From a virus (taxonomy: Duplodnaviria; Caudoviricetes), in IMG/VR virus record IMGVR_UViG_3300022697_000076, positions 1 to 49,270 of that record: a DNA stretch of 49,270 nucleotides. One strand, given 5' to 3'. The notes beneath the pieces are model-generated. The model was not told where the DNA came from. It did no database searches and was given only the letters and a program-made list of their open reading frames with translations. Shown here in pieces: positions 25,427 to 35,179 of this stretch (position 1 is the first letter of the stretch; each line of letters starts with the position of its first letter). A program made the position numbers and the translations under genes.

Positions 25427-25968
25427 AAGTCTATCTCAATATCACCAAGTGATTCCATTATATCAGCCTCCAATACGGCATTTTTACTTAACTTCTTGCG
25501 GTTCTTAATTTTAACCTCTGCAACTCTTGCATAACTGCTTCTTGCACCACGAACAAAAAGTCCAATATCTTCAGCCCGAAGAAAAGGGCGTAATTCTTGG
25601 TGCTCTTGGCAGTACTCCATTACACGTTGCATTGCATCTGGTAGTTCAGTGTTATCAAAGGCAGCTTCTAAATACTGCATACGTTGATTGAATTGGTCAA
25701 TTGTTTTTTGTGGCAGAGTGTCTGTACTGTCTACAAGGAGAGAGTATTTTGTATTAGTAACAGGAGGGATTGTTGATTCTGCCATGGGCATTCCATCCAT
25801 TTGTGTATCTTGAGTATTTACTTTCTTTAATACTTCCAATGACATTTTAAGTGGTGATGCAATTGTAGACATATCTTTTTGCTCACTAGGTGTTGCAGAT
25901 ACTTTCAATTGGTCTGCAAGTGATTTTGTAGGCTCTTTAGGTTTGCCTATGTTTAATTTAATTGTCAT
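25423..25968 (-). CDS. Hypothetical protein with acidic C-terminal tail
   Basis: 181 aa, coupled to both neighbours. Confidence 0.75.
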   Translation of the reverse strand: MTIKLNIGKPKEPTKSLADQLKVSATPSEQKDMSTIASPLKMSLEVLKKVNTQDTQMDGMPMAESTIPPVTNTKYSLLVDSTDTLPQKTIDQFNQRMQYLEAAFDNTELPDAMQRVMEYCQEHQELRPFLRAEDIGLFVRGARSSYARVAEVKIKNRKKLSKNAVLEADIMESLGDIEIDL

Positions 25969-26168
25969 TAAGAGCCGCCACCATTTGTATATTGAGTATC
26001 AAGAACTTCTTGCATTTCAGCTTTAAGGCTAGTGAGCATATCAGTAGCATTATATGTGTTTTTATCATATTCTACATCTATAGATAAATCAATTTGACAC
26101 ACTTCCTCACTAATCGCATCCACCTGCTCTATCCAACCTTTAATAATTTTATCATCTTTTAACATCAT
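25968..26168 (-). CDS. Hypothetical protein
   Basis: 66 aa, GAGGGA RBS. Confidence 0.6.
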   Translation of the reverse strand: MMLKDDKIIKGWIEQVDAISEEVCQIDLSIDVEYDKNTYNATDMLTSLKAEMQEVLDTQYTNGGGS

Positions 26169-26520
26169 TCAATCCCTCATTTTTAAATACATCGTTAACA
26201 TCCCTTTCTGCATCTGCAATTGGAGCTGTTTTTGTTAATGTAATTACGCTTGTATTAGTTTCAGGGTCATATGAGATATCTTTTAATATCATTTTAAAGT
26301 CATTTAAATTTAACCCACGCCTTCTTACTTCACCTCTCATACGAGATAGTTTAACACGCATAGAACTAACTAATCTTCTAGCTCTATCAATACCTTCTTT
26401 ATTAGGAAATTGCATTTCTTTATTTGAATCCATTTTAATGAATGCAATTACTAGCTCTTTTATCCTACGAGTTAATACCTTTTCTTTTGCAAGTTTACGT
26501 TGAGCATCTGTAAGTGGCAT
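26152..26520 (-). CDS. Basic hypothetical protein, possibly DNA-binding
   Basis: 122 aa, Arg/Lys-rich, first gene behind a sigma70-like promoter. Confidence 0.7.
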   Translation of the reverse strand: MPLTDAQRKLAKEKVLTRRIKELVIAFIKMDSNKEMQFPNKEGIDRARRLVSSMRVKLSRMRGEVRRRGLNLNDFKMILKDISYDPETNTSVITLTKTAPIADAERDVNDVFKNEGLNDVKR

Positions 26521-26547
26521 GAGTAAAATTTCCTGTATTTTTATTTT

Positions 26548-26575
26548 AGTATAGTATATTTTTAGTAATTGTCAA
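26548..26575 (-). promoter_or_regulatory. Sigma70-like promoter
   Basis: TTGACA-16 bp-TATACT on the - strand. Confidence 0.6.
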
Positions 26576-26790
26576 GTTTTTATGGGTACTGCAAGATATT
26601 TAACTTTTTTATCTTGATAATTATATGAATATGAATGTTGGTGCTGTAATTTCTTATAATAAAGTATTTTAGCTTTTATACGATTAATTGTGCAATACAT
26701 ACTATACCAATAACCTAATGGTGGGTATATTGCTTGATAGTTATGCAATGTGACTCTATAATACTTTAATATATGTGCGTTTTGATTCAT
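26572..26790 (-). CDS. Hypothetical protein
   Basis: 72-aa ORF co-oriented with the early genes. Confidence 0.4.
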   Translation of the reverse strand: MNQNAHILKYYRVTLHNYQAIYPPLGYWYSMYCTINRIKAKILYYKKLQHQHSYSYNYQDKKVKYLAVPIKT

Positions 26791-26923
26791 TAATTTAATT
26801 CCATTTCTATAGCGACTTGTAGACCAATTTTTTTAGTCATATGTGAATCATTCCAAGAATCATAGTTAGTATTAAGTTTTAATAATAAATAATTTAATAA
26901 AGATATAACATGAGCATTATGTT

Positions 26924-27169
26924 TCATTTCTTTAACCCCTCAATTAGTTTCATGCATTTAACCCTTATAGGCTGTGCATTTGTAGAGCCTTCATGTGATG
27001 CTGTATAAACATCGTATATATCAGGTAAATTATCTGCACCTAATAACATAGAAAACTCTGCAAATGAACACATACAAGTAAAGCAACGAGATTTGGTTTC
27101 TACTTTAGTTAATGAGTAGGATAAAATCTCGTTGCAATCAATGCAATTATTTGTATAGATTTTTGGCAT
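26924..27169 (-). CDS. Hypothetical zinc-finger-like protein
   Basis: CIDC...CFTC. Confidence 0.55.
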   Translation of the reverse strand: MPKIYTNNCIDCNEILSYSLTKVETKSRCFTCMCSFAEFSMLLGADNLPDIYDVYTASHEGSTNAQPIRVKCMKLIEGLKK

Positions 27170-27180
27170 TATTATATTAA

Positions 27181-27504
27181 TTAATATTCAATACCTACAA
27201 AGTAATCTATATTTTGTTTAAATTTATCTAATATAGATATAGAGCTACCAGTTAAATACTCATGCTTTATGCCATCTATAGTATATATATTTATACACTT
27301 ATGGCATATAAAATTTATCTTGTACGAATTATCAAAACTAACTTCTAATATTATTAAATCAATTGGAATATCTACAGGAAAGTCAAAATAATAATGTAAG
27401 CTGTTACTACATATAGATAAAGTTACTTCTTCTTCTTCTTGTAGTTCATTATAAATATAAAATGCAGAACCTTTATATCTTGGTTTTAATGGAAATTTAA
27501 TCAT
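27181..27504 (-). CDS. Hypothetical protein
   Basis: 107 aa, AAGGGG RBS. Confidence 0.55.
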   Translation of the reverse strand: MIKFPLKPRYKGSAFYIYNELQEEEEVTLSICSNSLHYYFDFPVDIPIDLIILEVSFDNSYKINFICHKCINIYTIDGIKHEYLTGSSISILDKFKQNIDYFVGIEY

Positions 27505-27576
27505 AAAATGCCCCTTTAATATAAATACAAATTAAATACGTAAGTGTTATACAGTTACAAACAATAACTATTGGTA

Positions 27577-28335
27577 TTAAATTCTCCATCTATACTTCAA
27601 CCCAACAAATTCAACTGCACTTTTGCTAAAACTTGGCATTGCAACTAAGTTAAGTTCATGTGTTTTAGTTATCTTCCAAGTAACATTTGGCATTACCAAA
27701 AACTGTATTGCATTGAGATTCTTAGGATGGCTGTGGGAGCTATCGCGTATCTTATACTTTGACCCATCTTCGTCGTGTTCTTCGCCGTGCTGCTCTCTCT
27801 CGCTGCTGCTTTTTTGTTCATTTGGTAATCTCGATTGCATTGGCTTACTTTTGCTTTCAATATCATCATAACCTGTTACAAAGCCAAATGCAACCCCCCA
27901 ATTCCAACCATACATTTCATGCTTTAAATTAGCTAATGCGTATAAGCTCTGTTTATTGTAGCTGTTTTCATAGAATCCACCCTCTAATTCTAAATGGCGA
28001 TTTATATTTTTAAGATAACCAAGACCCCAATTTTTTGTATTGTAGTTATATGTAGTATCTGTATGTATTGAGGTTAAGTTAACTACAATTGCATCCTTTT
28101 GTGTAGCGGCTTGTGCTAGTTGTGGTGTTAGTAAAAGTGTTAATCCAGATGCAAATAATGCGCCTAATAATATTGATTTAAAATCCCATTTGTGTTCTTG
28201 TTTTTTATCATTTAAAGGTAATTGATTTAATAAGTCTATACTTAATCCACGTAGTTTAATTCTTAATTCTGTATCTCTACAGTTATCAGCATAAAAAGAT
28301 ATTCTTTCTTGAGTTTGTTGTAATGTTAATGGCAT
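27577..28335 (-). CDS. PagP-like outer-membrane beta-barrel protein
   Basis: Internal signal-like segment ending AQA; SIH, NTKNWGLGY, GFYENSYNK, GFVTGY; terminal amphipathic strand VGLKYRWRI. Confidence 0.65.
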   Translation of the reverse strand: MPLTLQQTQERISFYADNCRDTELRIKLRGLSIDLLNQLPLNDKKQEHKWDFKSILLGALFASGLTLLLTPQLAQAATQKDAIVVNLTSIHTDTTYNYNTKNWGLGYLKNINRHLELEGGFYENSYNKQSLYALANLKHEMYGWNWGVAFGFVTGYDDIESKSKPMQSRLPNEQKSSSEREQHGEEHDEDGSKYKIRDSSHSHPKNLNAIQFLVMPNVTWKITKTHELNLVAMPSFSKSAVEFVGLKYRWRI

Positions 28336-28338
28336 TTA

Positions 28339-30075
28339 TTATTCTCCTAGTTTAAATTTGGGTTTAATTTGAGGTATATTAACTGCCTCTGGCAATCTAA
28401 CTTCTTTGTCTTCGCCTTTATTGCTTTTAGTCATTGATATAAACATCTGTGCTTTTTCTTGTATTGTGACTCCTTTAATTCGTTGAGTTGCAACTGCATG
28501 CGATAAACCTCTATTGTTACATAGTATTAAAAGGTTTGATTTGGCACGTGTCATTGCAGTATATAACCATTCGCGTGATAATAGTCTTCTTGCAGCACTG
28601 TGGCATAATACAATTACAAAACGGTATTCAGAGCCTTGTGCTTTATGGCAAGTAAATACATATGATAGTGTTATATTTGCAAGGTCGCCTACTGTATGTA
28701 ATACTTGTGGGGTAGATATGTCTTGGAATTGCACCGTAACTATATGGGATGCAGCACGTTCGCTTTCTTTTACTGTTTCATCAGGGTTTACAGGCGTATC
28801 TGGTATACTATCTATGTGTGAGTCAAAATCATTAAGGTCTAATGTTAGTAGTGCATTTGCTTTACTATCAGATAAATGATTACCTGCAAAATTGTTGTTT
28901 GGTGTTATCTCTGTTATAATACCTTGCATTCCATTTGTTAAACCTGTCTGTGTGTTGTTCTTTAAAAGCATAACTTTGTCGCCAACACCAAATACTTTTA
29001 TTTCTACACCTGCTTTTATTGATACTCGTTTTGCATCTGGGTTAAATTGGTTTACTAGTATTTCGTTTAAATGTTCTTGCCCGAGAGTGTCTACGTTTTG
29101 AGGTACAATTATAGCGTCTTGCATTGGGTCAAATTTACCGGCCTCATGGAGGTATTTTACTATAGATAGTAATTCTTTTTTAGCCCCAGTTGAACCGTCG
29201 GCTATTTTTTTAACTGTAACTTTACGAGTTTCTGAATCTGTAATTGGTTTAAAACCGTTTATAACTCTATGGGCATTTTCTGCAATTGTGCCTGCGTTGC
29301 GGTGGAGTGTTTTTAATTCAAATGTAGGCCATTGTAGCATTGCAAATCCTAGTATAGAATGTCCTGCAACTGGGGGTAATTGATTAAGGTCACCTAGGAT
29401 AAATACACGGCATTCTGGTAGTAATGCGTCTAAAAGGTAATGCCAAAGTGTTGTTGGTATAGTCCCACCTTCATCTATTGTAATACATTCATAAGGGAGT
29501 TTATTATATTCTGTAAATTCTGGCAAAAATTGCATTTTAGTTTGTATATCACTATTTTCATCAAAGTAATCTACTTGTTCAGGTTTAAAACCTAAGAGTG
29601 CATGGATAGTCATACACAGTGGGTGATATTTTGCGGGTAATGCACGTTTCATTTGTTGTACTGCTTTGCCCATAAATGAACAAAAGGCAATTGAGGGGAT
29701 TTTTTCTTCCCCATTTACTGTATAGGATAAAGATTTCTCTGCTTGTGATACAAGTGCTTTTAAAGTAGTTGTTTTACCTGTACCAGCAGAGCCTATTAAA
29801 CAGGCATACTTTTCTGGTAACATACCATCAAGTGCATATTGTTGGTCAGTATCTAAGACTATATCTGTAGACATAAGGGCAGAAGGCAGTGTTGTTGTGC
29901 TTATAGGCGGCTCTATTTGTTTCTTAACTGCAAGATTTAATTTAAATGCCTCTTTTTTGGGCGTAATAGTGGATTTAACTTGCTTAATTGCAATGGCTTT
30001 TGTAAGTCCAGTACCATGTAGTATGGAGGTGGATTTAGGATTAGCTGGAGGTTTTATGTTTAGTTTAAATGTCAT
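28339..30075 (-). CDS. RecD/Dda-like SF1B helicase
   Basis: GSAGTGKTT, IDEGG, GDLNQLPPV, TCHKAQGSEY, LYTAMTRAK. Confidence 0.92.
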   Translation of the reverse strand: MTFKLNIKPPANPKSTSILHGTGLTKAIAIKQVKSTITPKKEAFKLNLAVKKQIEPPISTTTLPSALMSTDIVLDTDQQYALDGMLPEKYACLIGSAGTGKTTTLKALVSQAEKSLSYTVNGEEKIPSIAFCSFMGKAVQQMKRALPAKYHPLCMTIHALLGFKPEQVDYFDENSDIQTKMQFLPEFTEYNKLPYECITIDEGGTIPTTLWHYLLDALLPECRVFILGDLNQLPPVAGHSILGFAMLQWPTFELKTLHRNAGTIAENAHRVINGFKPITDSETRKVTVKKIADGSTGAKKELLSIVKYLHEAGKFDPMQDAIIVPQNVDTLGQEHLNEILVNQFNPDAKRVSIKAGVEIKVFGVGDKVMLLKNNTQTGLTNGMQGIITEITPNNNFAGNHLSDSKANALLTLDLNDFDSHIDSIPDTPVNPDETVKESERAASHIVTVQFQDISTPQVLHTVGDLANITLSYVFTCHKAQGSEYRFVIVLCHSAARRLLSREWLYTAMTRAKSNLLILCNNRGLSHAVATQRIKGVTIQEKAQMFISMTKSNKGEDKEVRLPEAVNIPQIKPKFKLGE

Positions 30076-30132
30076 ATTATTTATCTTCTTTATTTGTAAA
30101 TAAATTAATCCAATTTGTATTATATTTAATCC

Positions 30133-30369
30133 CTATTTTTTATCCTCTAGTGATTTATTTAATTTATATATGTTTTCACGTAGAATATACTGAGGTGGAA
30201 TTGCAGGCAATTCATAAATATAATCCATTAATTGTTTTAACTCAAGTAAACCATAATGCCATGCTGAATAATATTCATTATAAGGTTTTGCATCTGCAAC
30301 TACATTAGTTTTATTAGATAATTGATGTTCAATATATCTTGCAACTTCAATTCTAGATTTCATTATCAA
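30133..30369 (-). CDS. Hypothetical protein
   Basis: 78-aa ORF in the early cluster. Confidence 0.6.
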   Translation of the reverse strand: MIMKSRIEVARYIEHQLSNKTNVVADAKPYNEYYSAWHYGLLELKQLMDYIYELPAIPPQYILRENIYKLNKSLEDKK

Positions 30370-30676
30370 TACCTATATCTTTATTAAATCGTTTAAACTT
30401 ATTTATTATGCTAATTAAATATTCCTGTTTAGCATTAGTTACCTTATAAATATACTCAACTGTTATCATTTGCATATGGTTTCTATTTTTAGTTAGTTTA
30501 ATTTTCTTGCAAACTCTATCAAGATATTTAACTAATGTTTTTAGGTATAAAGGCTCTGGCATACATTTATCAGGCCATTCACTGTAAGATAAGAATTTAT
30601 CCATATCTGCAATGTAGGTGTCTACCATACGATTGCATTTGTTTAATGTATACCAATCTGTTGTTTTTAAATTCAT
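30353..30676 (-). CDS. Hypothetical protein
   Basis: 107 aa, GGAG RBS, ATGA overlap. Confidence 0.6.
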   Translation of the reverse strand: MNLKTTDWYTLNKCNRMVDTYIADMDKFLSYSEWPDKCMPEPLYLKTLVKYLDRVCKKIKLTKNRNHMQMITVEYIYKVTNAKQEYLISIINKFKRFNKDIGIDNEI

Positions 30677-31182
30677 AAGTTTAACTCCAATTGAACCATA
30701 TTACTATTAAAAGATAGTTTTTTATCCTTAATTGCAATTGATGTTTTAATTGCTTTCTTTGCAGCTTTGATAGAATCGCCCCAAGGGAGAGAATAGTTTG
30801 ATGCACAAATCGGGCCATATCCATGCAAAATGCTTTCTGAGGCTGTTAATGGGTGATTGCAATACATACATTTGTGTTCTGCATCACCGTACTTTTTGGC
30901 ATAAAGAGCCGGGTCATTTAAATATAAATTTAAGATATATTTTATACCCGCCTGTATATTTTTATCTTTAGCCGCTTTGCAATAACCTATTTCTATTTCA
31001 CCTTTTTTAATTAATCCATAAACTAATTTACCATTTGAAGCAGGTTTATTATTAGTTATCCAAATATCATTATTTTTACGGTTTAAACTAAATGCAATGT
31101 CTTGTTTGAACTTGTTTTGTAAAACCAATTTAGGCCAAGCTTTAGGGTTGTTTGTTAGTATTTGCAATAGTTTAGTATACAT
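30673..31182 (-). CDS. DUF6011-like zinc-binding protein
   Basis: CMYCNHPLT..ESILHGYGPIC signature; ends in QLELNL. Confidence 0.8.
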   Translation of the reverse strand: MYTKLLQILTNNPKAWPKLVLQNKFKQDIAFSLNRKNNDIWITNNKPASNGKLVYGLIKKGEIEIGYCKAAKDKNIQAGIKYILNLYLNDPALYAKKYGDAEHKCMYCNHPLTASESILHGYGPICASNYSLPWGDSIKAAKKAIKTSIAIKDKKLSFNSNMVQLELNL

Positions 31183-31360
31183 TATATTATATCCTTTAAG
31201 TCTATTCTAAAAGCAAGTAAAAGAAAACTTATTAATTCAATAGCTTCATCTTTATCTATATCATCTTCAGATTCATACTTAGATTCTATATTCATATAAG
31301 GCATGTTTTTATCACTTTCATTTAATCGGAAACTCAACGAACCTATACTTAAATTATACA

Positions 31361-31630
31361 TTATTTATCTCCTTTATTATCATAACTTGAAATCATCTTT
31401 TTAATTGCAATATTAGCTTGTAATTTAGCAACATTTGCACACTCTTTAAATAATATCTTGCGTTCTGGTATTAATAACATATTTATAGATGTTTTATACA
31501 AATGAGATGAATATTTTTGTATTATACTCATATCCATTACTTTATAATTAAATACCCGTCTATTAGGCACCCAAGGTAAGTTAAATTGATTTTTATAGTA
31601 TGAATGGCTCATGATTTTATTGTGCCCCAA
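31361..31630 (-). CDS. Hypothetical protein
   Basis: ORF in the early cluster; start probably at an internal Met. Confidence 0.5.
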   Translation of the reverse strand: MGHNKIMSHSYYKNQFNLPWVPNRRVFNYKVMDMSIIQKYSSHLYKTSINMLLIPERKILFKECANVAKLQANIAIKKMISSYDNKGDK

Positions 31631-31860
31631 ACTTCTCTAGATGTTGTATATGAATTACCATTCATTATTTTAAATCCACAATAAGATTGAACACTTCTTA
31701 ATAATTGCATTTGTTTATGCCCTTCATCAATCATACTATTTAAATTTAATCTTGCATCTAAGGGATAAACCGAGTCACTACCTAGTGCTTCTTCCATAGA
31801 ATCTGTAATTGTATTGTAATGGATAAATTGAATATAATAGCTCATGATTTTGAACTCCAC
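31609..31860 (-). CDS. Hypothetical protein
   Basis: 83-aa ORF in the early cluster. Confidence 0.6.
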   Translation of the reverse strand: MEFKIMSYYIQFIHYNTITDSMEEALGSDSVYPLDARLNLNSMIDEGHKQMQLLRSVQSYCGFKIMNGNSYTTSREVWGTIKS

Positions 31861-32135
31861 CTATAATAAGTATCAATACCGAATGGCTTTTTTGCTTTAA
31901 TTTGAACCCGAGCTAATTTTACTATATATAATAGATTATCTAGTATGTCTAATTTATGTATTAATTCTGATATAAGATTATTATTTGTATCGCCTTTTAT
32001 AATATAACTATATAAATTTATTTCAATTATACTAATAGACCTATTATTATTATATAATATACATAATTTACAAATTGCAGTATTATTATAAGTGTCAAAT
32101 TGTTTTAAAGTTATTTTAAGATTTTTACAATTCAT
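31842..32135 (-). CDS. Hypothetical protein
   Basis: 97 aa, ATGA overlap with upstream gene. Confidence 0.5.
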   Translation of the reverse strand: MNCKNLKITLKQFDTYNNTAICKLCILYNNNRSISIIEINLYSYIIKGDTNNNLISELIHKLDILDNLLYIVKLARVQIKAKKPFGIDTYYRWSSKS

Positions 32136-32989
32136 GATTTTTTACTCCCTGCAAATTTAATCCCTACAAAACTATTTTTAATCTTAAAACTATTTAATGA
32201 AACTTTATCATTATCTATTTTTCTTTGATAATCTTTTAATGCAGTGTCTTTTAATTTAGTTCTTACAATAGATTTTTTAGTCTTCTTAACTAATTTTTGC
32301 AATTCTGTGTCTTGGTCTATTATTATATCAAAATCATTTAATGATAAACCAATTTCTTGTTCTAATTCAGTTAATGCAACTAATTGTTTTTGCTTATAAA
32401 ACAATTCCTTTCTTTGTCTTTGCCTATCATTAACCAATGTATCGTCATAATAACCGAATGTAATTTGTTTTAAACACCCTTGCAAAGTTAGTTGAAATTT
32501 AACTAAAGAATCAAATGATTTACATATATCACCCATGTTAATATTATTTAACATCTCTTGTATTGCAACTGGACGATTGCTTGCAAGTACGCGGCGGGTT
32601 AGTTCTGCTAGGTTTAGTATTAATTCATTATCAATTTCATTATGAAGATACTTATTAACTTCTATTTTTAATCTAAAATCATTTAACACTTCCAAAGTAC
32701 TATCTGGTTTTGGTTTTGTTAATATTGCACTTAGTGTATATATAAAGTATTCAACTGGTTGATGTAATGCTAGTTTATTTAAAGCTTTACTATCAGTTAA
32801 AACCCACTCTAATGCAATTGATTGTTGTAATTTGCAAATTACAAGTTTTGCTCTCTCTTCGCCATGTATTTTAATAAGATTAATAACTTCATTAAATGTT
32901 ACCGGTAAAAGCTCTTTACCTGTTTTAATACAATATCGTTTTAAATCACTAGCTTCAAAGTTTGTATAACTAATTTCTTCTGGTTGCAT
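32132..32989 (-). CDS. Hypothetical early protein
   Basis: 285 aa, AAGGA RBS. Confidence 0.8.
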   Translation of the reverse strand: MQPEEISYTNFEASDLKRYCIKTGKELLPVTFNEVINLIKIHGEERAKLVICKLQQSIALEWVLTDSKALNKLALHQPVEYFIYTLSAILTKPKPDSTLEVLNDFRLKIEVNKYLHNEIDNELILNLAELTRRVLASNRPVAIQEMLNNINMGDICKSFDSLVKFQLTLQGCLKQITFGYYDDTLVNDRQRQRKELFYKQKQLVALTELEQEIGLSLNDFDIIIDQDTELQKLVKKTKKSIVRTKLKDTALKDYQRKIDNDKVSLNSFKIKNSFVGIKFAGSKKS

Positions 32990-33028
32990 TTTGGATTATC
33001 CTTTTGCATATTGTTATATAACTATATA

Positions 33029-33292
33029 TTAATTATTATTTCTAAACTCTATTGTGATACATTTATATACAGATAATATTTCTACGTTTAATGTGGATAT
33101 AGGAAGATAGAAATTAGTTTTAGTGTTGTTCTCTAAAACTAAAAATAGTATAGTTTCATTGCCTATATCTTTAATACACATTACAATATCATGTGTATCT
33201 ACAGTTTTAGCTATTTGTCCATCTTTCATATCACACATTCTAATTATATTATTATCTACATTAACATTAGCATCTACAATTTTCATACTCAT
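33029..33292 (-). CDS. Hypothetical protein, first gene of the leftward operon
   Basis: 87 aa, AAGGAG RBS. Confidence 0.7.
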   Translation of the reverse strand: MSMKIVDANVNVDNNIIRMCDMKDGQIAKTVDTHDIVMCIKDIGNETILFLVLENNTKTNFYLPISTLNVEILSVYKCITIEFRNNN

Positions 33293-33345
33293 ATTAAACT
33301 ACTCCTTAGCTTTTAATTAATTAAAATTACTTCTATTATCTATTT

Positions 33346-33374
33346 AATATAGCCCATTTCCCCGCAAAAGTCAA
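33346..33374 (-). promoter_or_regulatory. Sigma70-like promoter for the leftward early operon
   Basis: TTGACT-17 bp-TATATT on the - strand, ~50 bp upstream of the first gene. Confidence 0.75.
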
Positions 33375-33771
33375 GCCTCTACCATTCTTGCAAGTAATTA
33401 ATTTCATTTATTTTCACTTTGCAGTAACTTACATAAAATTCAATCACCTTTGGTATTATATTAATAGTGATTGCAACTAGTGATATTAATTATTGTATTT
33501 AGTTTTAACAATAAAACTACCGGCTAAACGTGCGCTGCTGGCGTTGCAAGAGCTATTCATACGCATGTTACATGTTTTCAGTGTGTCATATGAAATGCAA
33601 TCGAGATTTCCATTTTAGACTAAAAATCAACCGCCTTAGCTGCTCTCTAATCCATTATCTAACATTACCTAACCCATTTGTGTCACTTCAAATACTTCCC
33701 TTACACGCATTATAAGAATATTAACCACAATATACTGTTCTACATATCTGCAAGGGTTTATTAGCTTTATA

Positions 33772-34126
33772 ATGCAATCTCAAGCACGTAGAATTTCTCA
33801 AAGATTTCAGATTTCAAGAATTTTCGCCCCTCAATATGCCCATTCAAATCCTAATTTGTCACTCCCCGCTCAATGCAATCCCATTATTATTATTCTGCTT
33901 GCAATATCTGTTGGTGTATTTTTTATGCCCCTTCTTCATTTTTTAAAATACTAATCATACCCCTACCCTCCTTACTACTTACTCTAAATATAGGTATTGC
34001 AAGCCTATTATATACTACCTTGCATCTCGTTGCGGAATGCACAATTAGGATTTGAGTGCCGGTATTGGAGGTCAGGAATTCTTGAAATCGGAAATCTTCT
34101 CGAAATTATAGATGTTTTCAATGCAA
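33772..34126. repeat. Long imperfect inverted repeat (arms ~33772-33910 and ~33990-34126)
   Basis: Colinear shared blocks AATTTC, AAGATTTC, GATTTCAAGAATT, CAATA, TCAAATCCTAATT, ATGCAA, GCTTGCAATA. Confidence 0.85.
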
Positions 34127-34266
34127 GTATCTAAATAAATAAACTTCAATTAAATACTAAATCCCTCTATCTTTTTACTCAAAATCATCTATAATACTTA
34201 ATATGGTTTAAGAATAATCTTAAACTAAATTAAAATATCAAAACTAACTAAATAAGGTAGAATAAA

Positions 34267-35043
34267 ATGGAACTAGCAACCGATAGTACTCAAACAAAAC
34301 AAACTCAACCAGTATCCCCTGAAGCATTTAAAAACCTCCAAGCACTTAAAAAACAATACTTCACACCAACTCAATCAGACCAAGCAAGTGAAGCTATTAA
34401 TGTAGCCGTGGCAGCTTGTGAAGCATCTAACGGTGTTGTAGTATTTAATTTTGATACATCAAAAGAAGTTACCGAAGGTTATGCTATTATAGTTGCACCA
34501 ATTAATCAACGCAATTCAGAATCAAAAAATGAAGTAGTTGGTGTATCAATTGGTGCTGTACCTACATATGACTTATTTATGACATCACCAGAAGGTACAG
34601 CATGGATTAAAGAACAAACAACTAATGCAATTCTAGCCAAGCTTGCAAATGCTGTACGACCATCTACAAAAACTGGTGAAATCAGCGCAACTCGACCATA
34701 TACAATAACTGATTTTATAACATCAAATCGCTCCGATGGTGTTCTAGTTGCATATCGTACACTTGCACCTAAATATATCAAAGCATTAAAAGCAAAAGGC
34801 ATAACAAATCTAACGGACGCTACATTCCGTCAAACTTTGCAATCAACTGCATTTGCCGAAGCTACATTTGAAAAAATCAAGCAAACTACTTGGGTATCTA
34901 TTATACATAAAATGATTGCCAGTGCTGAAAAAGAAGGTATGATTGCTGGTAGTTTAACTGAATGGATTGAAACTCGTGATAGTGCAGGTATGCCACAAGT
35001 AGTCGAAATTGATTTTGATGGTTTGGATGATTTAGAAATATAA
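34267..35043 (+). CDS. Hypothetical protein with acidic tail, apparently monocistronic
   Basis: 258 aa, TAAGGT RBS, upstream TATAAT, own terminator. Confidence 0.85.
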   Translation: MELATDSTQTKQTQPVSPEAFKNLQALKKQYFTPTQSDQASEAINVAVAACEASNGVVVFNFDTSKEVTEGYAIIVAPINQRNSESKNEVVGVSIGAVPTYDLFMTSPEGTAWIKEQTTNAILAKLANAVRPSTKTGEISATRPYTITDFITSNRSDGVLVAYRTLAPKYIKALKAKGITNLTDATFRQTLQSTAFAEATFEKIKQTTWVSIIHKMIASAEKEGMIAGSLTEWIETRDSAGMPQVVEIDFDGLDDLEI

Positions 35044-35078
35044 TCCTTTTACTAAGTAATAAATAAACTCCCCTCTTT

Positions 35079-35108
35079 TGCCGACATCCACATAGTCGGC
35101 ATTTTTTT
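35079..35108 (+). terminator. Rho-independent terminator
   Basis: TGCCGAC/GTCGGCA stem followed by T7. Confidence 0.8.
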
Positions 35109-35119
35109 GCCTGCAATAC

Positions 35120-35148
35120 TTGCATTTAATATAAAACCCTGCTAAGCT
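35120..35148 (+). promoter_or_regulatory. Sigma70-like promoter with extended -10
   Basis: TTGCAT-17 bp-TAAGCT with TGn before the -10. Confidence 0.5.
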
Positions 35149-35179
35149 TTATATTAACAAATATAAACCAACAAACAAC

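Noticed and set aside
33530-34055. Short ORFs of 60-61 aa in the divergence region
   Set aside because: No convincing RBS and they overlap the inverted repeat; the region is better explained as non-coding
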